Shown here: positions 9,138 through 18,058 of the stretch, piece after piece | Layout: each line of letters opens with the position of its first letter | Numbering within the stretch: position 1 is the stretch's first letter | Origin: Chloroflexota bacterium | Lineage (GTDB): Bacteria; Chloroflexota; UBA6077; JACCZL01 | DNA: 64,000 nt | Reading direction: 5' to 3' | NCBI GenBank assembly: GCA_030447245.1 | Contig: JAUJPG010000011.1 | Span: 67,079-131,078, forward strand | Translations under genes and position numbers: made by a program | Notes under the pieces: model-generated | Database searches by the model: none | What the model was told of the DNA's origin: nothing | The model's input: the letters and a program-made list of their open reading frames with translations, nothing else

Positions 9138-10436
9138 TCAGGCGCCGGGCTCCGATAGGCGTGGCGGCTTGTCGTCCTTGACCGCCAGTACGAGAAGGTT
9201 CGCGACAAGAATCGTAGCGGCGATAAAGTAAAAGGTTACCTGCAGGCCGTAGGCGTCGGCGATCGCTCCCCCGGCGACCGGTGCGAGACCGCCCAGAAGC
9301 GACTGCGCCGCGAACAGGATGCCGATGCTCGTGCCGCCAAGCTCCGGCGGCGCGACCTCGAGGGCCCAGGCGTTAAGGACTGGCGTCATCGAATACAGGA
9401 AGAAGCCGACCAGCGCCAGTGCAAGGACGAAGAGCCACTCCACTCGCAGCGCCATCAGCGCCACCAGCATCACGCTGGTGCTGACCATCCCTACCGCGAT
9501 CATCGGACGGCGCCCGATCCGATCGGAGAGCCCGCCTGAGAGCGGGCCGGAGACGATGCCGGCGCCCTGGACGAGGGCGAGATAGGTCCCCACTAACAGC
9601 GGAGCCAGTCCGGCGACAGCGGTCAGGTAGATCGGCAGGAAGACCGACAAGCCGTTCTGGGCCATCGCCCGCGCGCCACCGAGCAGCGCAATCAGCAGCA
9701 TGTTCCGATTACCGAGCAGCGCCCGGAGGCCGCGCCCATAGGCTCGCACGTTCGGCCGCGTCTCGGCGCGTCGATCGCTGACCCGCACCCGGCGCATCAT
9801 CCGCCAGAAAATCAGCGCCATCAGTAGGCCCGGTACGACGTTGGCGATCGTGATCTCGCGCCAGGTCAACCAGGTGAGCGCGATCCCCACGGCGAATGGC
9901 GCGATCGTGTCGCCTACGCTTGCTCCAAGCGAGTGCATGGCCGTCGCGAACCCACGCCGCGTCGGGTACAGCTCAGATAGGCTCGAGAGCGCGGCGGGGT
10001 GATAGAGCAGGTTGCCAACCCCCACGATGGCCAGCAGAGACGCGATCAGGATGAAGTTCGTCGTCAGGCCGAGCAACAGATAGGGGATGCCGGCCCCGGC
10101 GATCGCCAGGCCCATGATCAGCGTAGGCCGGCCCACGATGTCGACGATCATCCCGCCGGGCAGGTTGACCAGGGTGCTCGTGACGCTCCGCAGGCCGATC
10201 AGCAGGCCCACCTGGGTGAGCGTCAAGCCGAGATCCTCGGCGAAGTAGGGTAGCAGGACCAAGAACGCGCCCGGGTACCAGTGCGTCATGGCGTGGCCGA
10301 CAGAGATCCCGATCATGGGCCCGTCGCCGCGTCCGATGCGCGGGAGCCAGCCGGCTCGCGCACGAGGCGCGGCCGAGGTACGTTGGCCGGGCGAGCCCGG
10401 CGGGTCGTTCGGCACCGTTCGCGCCGCGTCGCTCAC
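9138..10436 (-). CDS. MFS transporter
   Basis: 432 aa with 12 predicted TM helices and MFS-type loops. Start uncertain (alternative M at about 10316). Confidence 0.75.
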   Translation of the reverse strand: MSDAARTVPNDPPGSPGQRTSAAPRARAGWLPRIGRGDGPMIGISVGHAMTHWYPGAFLVLLPYFAEDLGLTLTQVGLLIGLRSVTSTLVNLPGGMIVDIVGRPTLIMGLAIAGAGIPYLLLGLTTNFILIASLLAIVGVGNLLYHPAALSSLSELYPTRRGFATAMHSLGASVGDTIAPFAVGIALTWLTWREITIANVVPGLLMALIFWRMMRRVRVSDRRAETRPNVRAYGRGLRALLGNRNMLLIALLGGARAMAQNGLSVFLPIYLTAVAGLAPLLVGTYLALVQGAGIVSGPLSGGLSDRIGRRPMIAVGMVSTSVMLVALMALRVEWLFVLALALVGFFLYSMTPVLNAWALEVAPPELGGTSIGILFAAQSLLGGLAPVAGGAIADAYGLQVTFYFIAATILVANLLVLAVKDDKPPRLSEPGA

Positions 10437-10735
10437 GCACCGCCGCCGATCGGGGGGATCAGGTGGAGCTCGTCCCCGTCGGAGAGTTGTAGCGCCGCTT
10501 CTCGCGGCATCGACACCCGCCGGCCGTTCAGGACCAGGGCATTGACGCCGAACGGTGAATTCTCGTCGTTGGGCAGCGCGGCGAACCGCGGATCGTAGCG
10601 AGCGGCCAGCTCGGCGAAGAGCTTACCGAGGTCCGCGCCGGGTGGAAGCTCAGCCACCAGCGTGCCCGTACCGAGCGAATCGCGCATCCGGTCATACACG
10701 TGGACAATTACGCGGTACGTAGCGCCGGCCGGCAC
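10433..10735 (-). CDS. MoaD/ThiS-family small sulfur-carrier-like protein
   Basis: GTG start; the 100-aa beta-grasp-like sequence ends ...LIPPIGGGA. It overlaps the MFS start by 4 nt and lies immediately downstream of AOR. Confidence 0.65.
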   Translation of the reverse strand: MPAGATYRVIVHVYDRMRDSLGTGTLVAELPPGADLGKLFAELAARYDPRFAALPNDENSPFGVNALVLNGRRVSMPREAALQLSDGDELHLIPPIGGGA

Positions 10736-10751
10736 CCGATGGATCCCCTCT

Positions 10752-12633
10752 CTACGGCGCCGCTACCGCGGGTTTGACCACCTCCATGTCCGCAACGATG
10801 TCGCCCAGTCCCAGTCGCTCCAACGTCTCCGTGTTCGGGACGCCGCTGCCGGGATCCCAGCCGCGTGCCTCGTAGAACTCGCGGCGCAGGGTGTCCAGGT
10901 CGACGACGACGCCGGCGAGCGGGCCTTTTTCGATCGGCGGGTCGCCGTAGGCCCGGCCCGGGATGTGGTAGTTGACCGGACTGATCCCCTCGCGCAGACT
11001 GAACGCCTGGCGTATCGCGGCCACCCGCTGGCCAATCTCGTCAAGGGATTCGACGCTTGTCGGAACGCCGCTGACGGCCTCGATCGTCTCGGTCCATTCC
11101 GAAAAGGAGACGCGGGTGAAGGCGAACATGCATACACCGGCCGAGAAGACCGCCTGACCGAGATTGTTGATGTGGGCGTTGAGACCGCCTTTGCCGGTGT
11201 AGGTGTACTTCTCGACGCTTGGCGTGTCGATGCCGGGGATCGTGCCGCCATTCTCCTGGACCCAGGCGGCCATCTGGGTGTGCCGACCTGGCGTGGCATC
11301 GGCGGCGTAGATCATGCCCCAGCTCGGCGCGTAGCGCGGGTCGTGGGCGGGCGGCTCCTGGCCGCCGATGTGGACTGCCAATGCCTCGGAGCCAGCGATC
11401 TTTTGCGATGCCCGCATGACGCCGTCAGCCAGGACGTCGCCGATGCCCTCGCGCTTACCGATCTTGTCCGCCAGGGCCATGATCGACGCCGCGTCGCCCC
11501 ACTTCAGCTCAATACCGTCAGTGTCCCTCCTGGTGATCAGGCTCTGCTCGAAGCAGTCGATCGCGAACCCGATGACCGACCCGACCGAGATGGTGTCCAG
11601 CCCGTAGCGATTACACAGATCGTTAGCCTTCATGATCGAGTGGATGTTGTCGTTGAGCAGGTTGTTGCCCCAGAGGGCCGAGGTCTCGTACTCGGGCTTG
11701 TGGGTCTTGCCGACCGGGAACTGGGCATCATCCGTTCGGTAGTGACCTCCGCAGGCGATGTTGCACTTCCAGCAGGCGTACTTCTTGTACTCGTGAGCGA
11801 GCATGTTGTCGTCGCTGATCGCCTCCGCCGAGGGAAAGTCTTCCAACCCGCTGCCGGCCCAGTTGCGGACCGGCGAGTCACCGCCGAACGCCGACGAGGC
11901 GGTGTGATTGATCGTGCCGTACTTGGTGAAGTACTTGACCTTGGGATTGCCGGCCATCTCGCGAATGTATCGTTTGCGGATCTCGTTCGCCCGTGCAGCG
12001 TCATGCATCGGCAGCGCGGCGGTCCCGCGGCAGACGATCGCCTTGAGCTTCTTGGCGCCCATGACCGCGCCCATGCCGGAGCGCGCGGCGATGCGGCCTT
12101 CGTCGTTGACCACGCCGCTCATCAACGAGAGCTTTTCGGCCCCGGTCCCGATGACCGCCGACTGCGACTTCGGATAGCGCTCACGCAGCTGAAGCTCGGT
12201 GTCCAACGCGTCGACGCCCCAGAGGTCGCCGGCGTCGCGCAGCTCGGCCGTACCATCCTCGATGAATAGGTAGACCGGCCGGTCAGCGATGCCCTTGAGG
12301 AACACGCCGTCGTAGCCGGCTGCCTTGAGCATCGGACCCCAGTAGCCTCCGCAATTGGCGTCGCCCCAGCCGCCGGTCAGCGGCGACTTGCCGACGACGG
12401 TCCAGCGGTTGGGCGTGATGGCCGGACTGCCGACCAGCACCCCGGTCGTGAAGCCGAGTGTCGCATCCGAACCGAGCGGGTCTACCCCCGGACTGCTGTC
12501 CGTAGATCACCCGCGCCCCGAGGCCGTAGCCCCCAGGTAGTCACGGTACAGATCGTCGCCCGGCTCCTCGACGCCAATCGCGCCGCTGCTCAGGTCGACG
12601 AACAGTGAGCTTGCCCATGTGGCCGCCGATCAT
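10752..12633 (-). CDS. Aldehyde:ferredoxin oxidoreductase (tungsten AOR family); N-terminal ~80 codons disrupted by 3 single-base indels
   Basis: The 562-aa ORF 10752..12440 has AOR family motifs throughout. Upstream, MGKLTV/VDLSSGAIGVEEPGDDLYRDYLG/GYGLGARVIYGQQSGG/VDPLGSDATLGFTTG is spread over three frames (shifts near 12590, 12520 and 12468). RBS GGAGG lies before the ATG at 12633. Confidence 0.8.
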
Positions 12634-12962
12634 GTGATTGCCTCCAATGAAGTGTGCCACCACGCACGTACGAGTCGTCGCGATGCCGACGACCGCGATC
12701 ATACACACGCTGCGAAGGATTCAAGTAGTCGACAACGGAGCCGCTCGGGGCGTGTCGACGTCCAGTTTTCTCAGGGTAACCGATTTGTTGATCGGTCCCG
12801 CCGCCGCACACCCGCGCAGAATGCGAGGCCGACCTTCGAGGACCTCGCGACCGCGGCGTGGTCGTGGACCTGGTCCGTGTCTGGCGTACGCTCGACCGCC
12901 ACCGCCCACGGTGGAATCGACCAGAGCGGAGCCGTGGTCAGTGGTCAGGCAGGCCGTGAGCG

Positions 12963-14133
12963 CTAGGACGCAGGTTTGGGGTGCTCGCGGAAGAAGCGTA
13001 GCATCTCCCTCGAGGCGTCGGGGCCGTCCGGGTCGGTGAAGGTGCCTGCTGGGCTTCCCACCGGACCAGGCATGGCCCCGCGCCGTGGATGACCCAGTGC
13101 TCCCCGACGACATGGTCGCGGGCGCGGTAGATCGAGCAGGTGTAGGGACGGCCGCCAGATACCTGTCCTCGGCTCACGCTTACTGCCGCACTGGACCCAT
13201 TCTCGGAGCAGGTGCGCCGCCCGCGCAGTGGGCCAGCGCCTGAGCGAGCACCTGCTCTCCGTTCCGCGGGTTGACGGTCGTGTCCCGATCGCCATGGAAC
13301 ACGATCGTCGGCACGCTGACGACCGCGTCGGGTTCGCCGCGAACCACGGGATCATCGGCGCCCCGCTGCATTGCCGCGTACGCCGAGCGGAGATTGCGGG
13401 CCGCCCCGTGCGCGAGGCCCGAATGGACGCCGACTGCAGCGTACAGGTCCGGGTAGGTGGCTCCGAGGATCGCGGCCATCGCTCCGCCCGCCGACATGCC
13501 TGCCACGTAGACGCGGCGGCAATCGACGTTGTGCGTGGCCATGACCTGCCGCGTGATGCCGGCGATGAGAGATGGCTCACCCCGATCGGGCTGCTGGTTG
13601 GCGCGCGTGAACCAGGTCCAACACCGGGAACTGGTGGCGGCGGCCGCTTGCTCGGGATAGACGACGAGGAACGGGTCCTCCTCGGCGAGCATATTCAGGC
13701 GCGTGCCCGCGGCAGAGTCGTCGGCGCCCTGGGTGCAGCCGTGGAGCATGACGACAAGCGGCACCGGCTGACCGGTGTAGCCGCTCGGGACGTACAGCTG
13801 GTAGGCGCGCCTACCGGCCCGGCTGCTGTAAGACCCCTTGACGACACGGCCTTCCGGCTGAGCTTCCACGAGCGCCGGATCCGGTGCGAGCGCGGGACCG
13901 GCCGGTGCTGGCAGCGGCACAGCATCCGCGGTCCTCCGGGGAGCTGGCTTATCGCCGACGACGCGGTAGCTGACGTCCGAGGGTTCGGCGGCACGCTCCG
14001 TGGCGTTCTCCGGGACGGCTCGAGCGGCCAGACTGCCAAGGCTGCGCCGGATGACCGCGGTGGCATCGGCAAGTCGCCCGGCGCGGGTGAGGCGTAGGGC
14101 TTCGGTCATCCCCGCGCGCATGCTGTCGTTCAA
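12963..14133 (-). CDS. PHB-depolymerase-family esterase (LpqC-like); C-terminal region disrupted by 3 single-base indels
   Basis: TTG start with RBS GAGGAG. N-terminal 317 aa are in one frame. The C-terminal motifs GGRPYTCSIYRARDHVVGEHWVIHGAG / HAWSGG / SPAGTFTDPDGPDASREMLRFFREHP lie in three other frames (shifts near 13180, 13075 and 13050). Confidence 0.7.
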
Positions 14134-14288
14134 TGGAATGCTCCTCGAGGTGCGATCCTGGCGGCCGGCAATCAGGCGAGGCAGCCCAGCAGACAGTGAG
14201 TCGGCGCTCCTGCCTTCATGCTGCGTGGCGCCTGATCGCTCTGTGCAGCCGGCGACGGGTCCACTCCAGGATGGTGGACCGGCAGTGG

Positions 14289-15200
14289 TTATACCCGCAG
14301 TTTGGGGTCGAAGGCGTCGCGGAGTGAGTCCCCCAGGAGGTTGAAGGCGAACACGGCAGCGCTGATCGCGACGCCGGGCGCAATCGCCAGCCAGGGCGCC
14401 TGTTCCAGGAACTGGACGCCGGCCCCGCGCAGCATCAGGCCCCAGGCCGGCTTCGGCTCGGCGACTCCAAGCCCGAGAAAGCTCAGCGAAGACTCGAGCA
14501 AGATGGCCTGGCCTAGGAACGCGGAGAGCAAGATCAGGTACGGAGCGACGACGTTCGGCATCAGGTGGCGGAAGATGATCCGGGTGTCGGACACGCCGAG
14601 CGCGCGGGCCGCCTCCACGTACTGCATCTGCCGCAGCGTTAGGCCGCTGGAGCGGATCACCCGCGCCACGCGTGGGATGATTGGGATTGTGATCGCGATG
14701 ATTACATTGAGCAGGCCCGTCCCGAGCGCGGCCACCACAGCGACTGCCAGGATGATCAACGGGAACGATAGGATGACGTCGTTCAACCGTTCCAGCAGGA
14801 GATCGGTCTTACCGCCCTTGTAGGCGCCAACCAGGCCGAGGATGGCGCCCGCCGAGCAACCAGCAACCGAAGCGCCGAAGCCGACCACGAGCGCGGTCTG
14901 GGCGCCATAGATCAGCCGCGACATCACGTCTCGTCCAAACTGGTCGGTTCCGAGGAGATGCTCCCTACTAGGCGGCTTAAGCTGGTCGAGGAAGCTCGAT
15001 TCCTCAGGATCGTATGGCGAGACAATCGGCGCGAACACGGCAAGCAAGAGCATCAGGACGACGACGACGCCGCCGGCAAAGCCCAGCGTGCGCCGCCGCG
15101 CAAATTTGGTCACCTGGCTGAGCCAACGCGGACCACGGACTGCCCGCCGAGAGGCGGTGGGCCCGGGGCCGAGCCCGGCCGTCGTGGTTACATCCGCCAT
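14289..15200 (-). CDS. ABC transporter permease (peptide/nickel, DppC/OppC-like)
   Basis: 303 aa, 6 TM helices, ABC transmembrane type-1 EAA-like loop. Confidence 0.85.
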   Translation of the reverse strand: MADVTTTAGLGPGPTASRRAVRGPRWLSQVTKFARRRTLGFAGGVVVVLMLLLAVFAPIVSPYDPEESSFLDQLKPPSREHLLGTDQFGRDVMSRLIYGAQTALVVGFGASVAGCSAGAILGLVGAYKGGKTDLLLERLNDVILSFPLIILAVAVVAALGTGLLNVIIAITIPIIPRVARVIRSSGLTLRQMQYVEAARALGVSDTRIIFRHLMPNVVAPYLILLSAFLGQAILLESSLSFLGLGVAEPKPAWGLMLRGAGVQFLEQAPWLAIAPGVAISAAVFAFNLLGDSLRDAFDPKLRV

Positions 15201-15215
15201 GCTTGTGACCCCTGC

Positions 15216-16169
15216 CTATCGATAGCTCACGCGCGGGTCGAGCCAGACGTAGAGGAGGTCGACCAGAAAGTTGACCAGGACGAACACCGATGCGACGAGC
15301 AGAATCAATGCCTGGGTCATCGTGTAATCGCGCCGGAGGACGGCTTCGACCATCAGTTTACCGATGCCATTCAGGTTGAACACCTGCTCGGTCACCAGAA
15401 GTCCTCCGAGCAGGAACGCGAACTCGAGCCCGATCACCGTCACGACCGGCAGGAACGCGTTGCGCAAGGCGTGCCGTACGACGACCAGGCTTTCGCGCAG
15501 GCCCTTGGCGCGGGCTGTCCGCACGTAATCCTCGCGCATGACTTCAAGCAGCGTCGAGCGCGTCATGCGTGTCGCCACGGCGGAGTAGCGGTACCCGACG
15601 GCCAGCGCCGGCCAGATCAGTTGAGACAGGTTTTCGACCGGGTCCTTGAAGAAGGGGGTGAACGACAGCGGCGGTGAGTACTGGAACGCGATCAGCAAGA
15701 CCAGGATCAGAACGATCCCAAGCCAGAACGACGGGATGGCCAGGCCGGCGATGCTGAAGATCCGGACCGCGTAGTCGATCCAGGTGTCGCGCTTGACAGC
15801 TGCCAGGATTCCGAGCGGGAGGGCGAGCACCGTGGCGATCAACGTGGCCATGATCGTCAACTGAACGCTCAGCTCCAGACGGATCAAGACTTCCTGGATG
15901 ATCGGCCGACCGGTCCACATCGAGAGGCCGAAGTCGAAGCGGACGGCGCCCCAGATCCAGTCAAAAAACTGCGCCAGGAGTGGCTTGTCAAGCCCCAACC
16001 GCGCCCGCTCGGCCTGGATTACTTCGGCGGCGACGTTGCCCCCATCACCAGCCAGCTTGAGCTGGACCACGTCGCCGGGGACCATACGAAGCAGGATGAA
16101 GGTGATGATCGCGACGCCGAGGAGGGTTGGGATCATCAGGAGGATGCGGCTGACGATGTAACCCTGCAC
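15216..16169 (-). CDS. ABC transporter permease (peptide/nickel, DppB/OppB-like)
   Basis: 317 aa, BPD_transp_1-like with 6 TM helices. Confidence 0.85.
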   Translation of the reverse strand: MQGYIVSRILLMIPTLLGVAIITFILLRMVPGDVVQLKLAGDGGNVAAEVIQAERARLGLDKPLLAQFFDWIWGAVRFDFGLSMWTGRPIIQEVLIRLELSVQLTIMATLIATVLALPLGILAAVKRDTWIDYAVRIFSIAGLAIPSFWLGIVLILVLLIAFQYSPPLSFTPFFKDPVENLSQLIWPALAVGYRYSAVATRMTRSTLLEVMREDYVRTARAKGLRESLVVVRHALRNAFLPVVTVIGLEFAFLLGGLLVTEQVFNLNGIGKLMVEAVLRRDYTMTQALILLVASVFVLVNFLVDLLYVWLDPRVSYR

Positions 16170-16285
16170 GGGCGGCTCCTAGCTGGACAGGAGAGGGTGA
16201 GGCTGATGGGGACGGCCCGACGGTCGGCCACTCCCCAGTCCAGGTGCACTCGGTGGCGCCCCGGATGCGGCCCGGCGGGCGGTAG

Positions 16286-18037
16286 TCACTCGCTCAACCA
16301 GACGTTGGTCAGGTCCTGGTTCAGGTAGTGCGATGGCAGGACGCGATAGCCCTGCAGCGTCGAGGCGTGCGGCACGATCCGCTGCCACCACAGGATCGGA
16401 AAGGCGTAGGCCTGGTCGTTGTTGACGCGGTTCTCGAAGCGCCACACCAGCTGCTTGCGCTTCTCGGGATCCGTCTCACGCGTCTGCTGGTCGTACAACT
16501 GGTCGAGCTCGGCGTCCTGGTAGCGGCCGTAGTTGAAGGGGCTGCGTTCCGACGAGATGAATTTGGAGAGCTGAAGGTCGGGCTCATCCAGGTAGTCGGC
16601 GATGAAGTCGATGCAGACGTCGTAGTTCCCGCTGCGCAGGTCGCTGACGTAGCCGCTCGCCTCCAACTGGACCTGCGTGGCGTTCAGTCCGATCCTGCGC
16701 CATTGATCGATGACGAACACGCCGTTCGACTCGTACGGCTGGGGGATGTCGCGGTTCTTGATGGTGAACGAGAAGCCGTCCGGCACGCCCGCCTCGCGGA
16801 GCAGTCGGCGGGCCTCTTCGCGCGCGGCGGCCACGTTCCGCGAAAAACCCTCCATCTTCTCCAGCTCTGCGTCCGGCCGAGCGAAGGTGCTGCCCGGCCT
16901 GACCAGGGCGCCGACCGGCTTGACGAACGTAATCTTGGAGAGTGCTTCCGACCCTTCCCAACGGTCGAGCGCCAGGTTCATGGCGCGGCGGACGCGTGGG
17001 TCGTCGAATGGCTTCTTTTCCGTGTTGAAGACGACGAGCAGGTTGCTGACCCAGGGGCTTTCCTGGACGGTGATCTTGTCGCCTAGCGCCCGGACCAGGT
17101 CGTCGCGGGCCGGCGGGGTGAAGCCGCGGAATTCAACGTGGGCGCGCCCGCCGCGGACCGCCGCTACCTGGGCCGCCGATTCCCGGATGAACGTGGCCCG
17201 GAACCCATCCAGGTAGGGCAGGCCCGGCTGGAAGTAGTCTGGATGCTTCTGGCCTACCCAGTGGGAGCCAGGGACGTACTCGACGAACTTGAAAGGCCCG
17301 GTCCCGAGCACGTTCTTCTCGGGGAACTTCGGGTCGCTCGCCAGTTTGTCGGCGCTGTAGATCTGGTTCCAGGGCGAAGCCAACAGCGACAGCAGCGAGG
17401 CGGAAGGGTACTTCAGCTTGAAGACGACGGTCCTGGGGTCGGGCGCCTCGACGCTCTCGACGGCGGCATACTGGGCCTTGCGGGCGCTGACGATCCCCTC
17501 GGGCGGGTTGATGATCCGATCGTGACTGACCTTGATGTCGCGGGCGGTGCACGGCGAACCGTCATGGAACTTGACGCCGTCACGGATCTTGAACGTGTAG
17601 GTCAACTTGTCGGCCGAGATGTCCCAGCTCTCAGCCAGGTCGGGCATGACCTCCGGGTACTTGTCTGGATCGAACTTGATCAGCAGGCTGTAGTGGGGCG
17701 CGGTCGGGTGCAGCATCGCGAAGGTTGTCTCGCGGTGGGCATCGAACGACGGCGGCTCGGCGCTGACGATGAACTGGAGCTCGCCGCCCGAGCGCGGCTG
17801 GCCTGCCGCGGCGGGCTGGGCGGCGGCCGTTGGCTTGGCGTCGCCGCTCGGCTTGGCCTCGGTCGCCGGCTTGGGCGGCGCGGTGGGCGCCGCGGTCGCC
17901 GGCTCCTTGCCGGCCGGTTTCGTGTCGGCCGGTTTCGTATCGGCCGGCTTGCTGGCCGGCGTCGCGGCGGTCGAGCATGCGGTCGCCGCCAGCATAGCGG
18001 CGGCACTCTGGAGAAAACTTCGGCGGGTGATGCCCAC
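16286..18037 (-). CDS. ABC transporter substrate-binding protein, family 5 (peptide/nickel), Tat-lipoprotein
   Basis: GTG start with RBS GGAGG. MGITRRSFLQSAAAMLAATACS is a twin-arginine signal plus lipobox, followed by a Pro/Ala/Thr-rich linker and an SBP_bac_5 body. Confidence 0.85.
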   Translation of the reverse strand: MGITRRSFLQSAAAMLAATACSTAATPASKPADTKPADTKPAGKEPATAAPTAPPKPATEAKPSGDAKPTAAAQPAAAGQPRSGGELQFIVSAEPPSFDAHRETTFAMLHPTAPHYSLLIKFDPDKYPEVMPDLAESWDISADKLTYTFKIRDGVKFHDGSPCTARDIKVSHDRIINPPEGIVSARKAQYAAVESVEAPDPRTVVFKLKYPSASLLSLLASPWNQIYSADKLASDPKFPEKNVLGTGPFKFVEYVPGSHWVGQKHPDYFQPGLPYLDGFRATFIRESAAQVAAVRGGRAHVEFRGFTPPARDDLVRALGDKITVQESPWVSNLLVVFNTEKKPFDDPRVRRAMNLALDRWEGSEALSKITFVKPVGALVRPGSTFARPDAELEKMEGFSRNVAAAREEARRLLREAGVPDGFSFTIKNRDIPQPYESNGVFVIDQWRRIGLNATQVQLEASGYVSDLRSGNYDVCIDFIADYLDEPDLQLSKFISSERSPFNYGRYQDAELDQLYDQQTRETDPEKRKQLVWRFENRVNNDQAYAFPILWWQRIVPHASTLQGYRVLPSHYLNQDLTNVWLSE

Positions 18038-18058
18038 GATAATTGTCCTCCGTGCCCG

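Noticed and set aside
10662-12269. 535-aa ORF on the plus strand
   Set aside because: Antisense shadow of the AOR gene in GC-rich DNA; no domain-like sequence.
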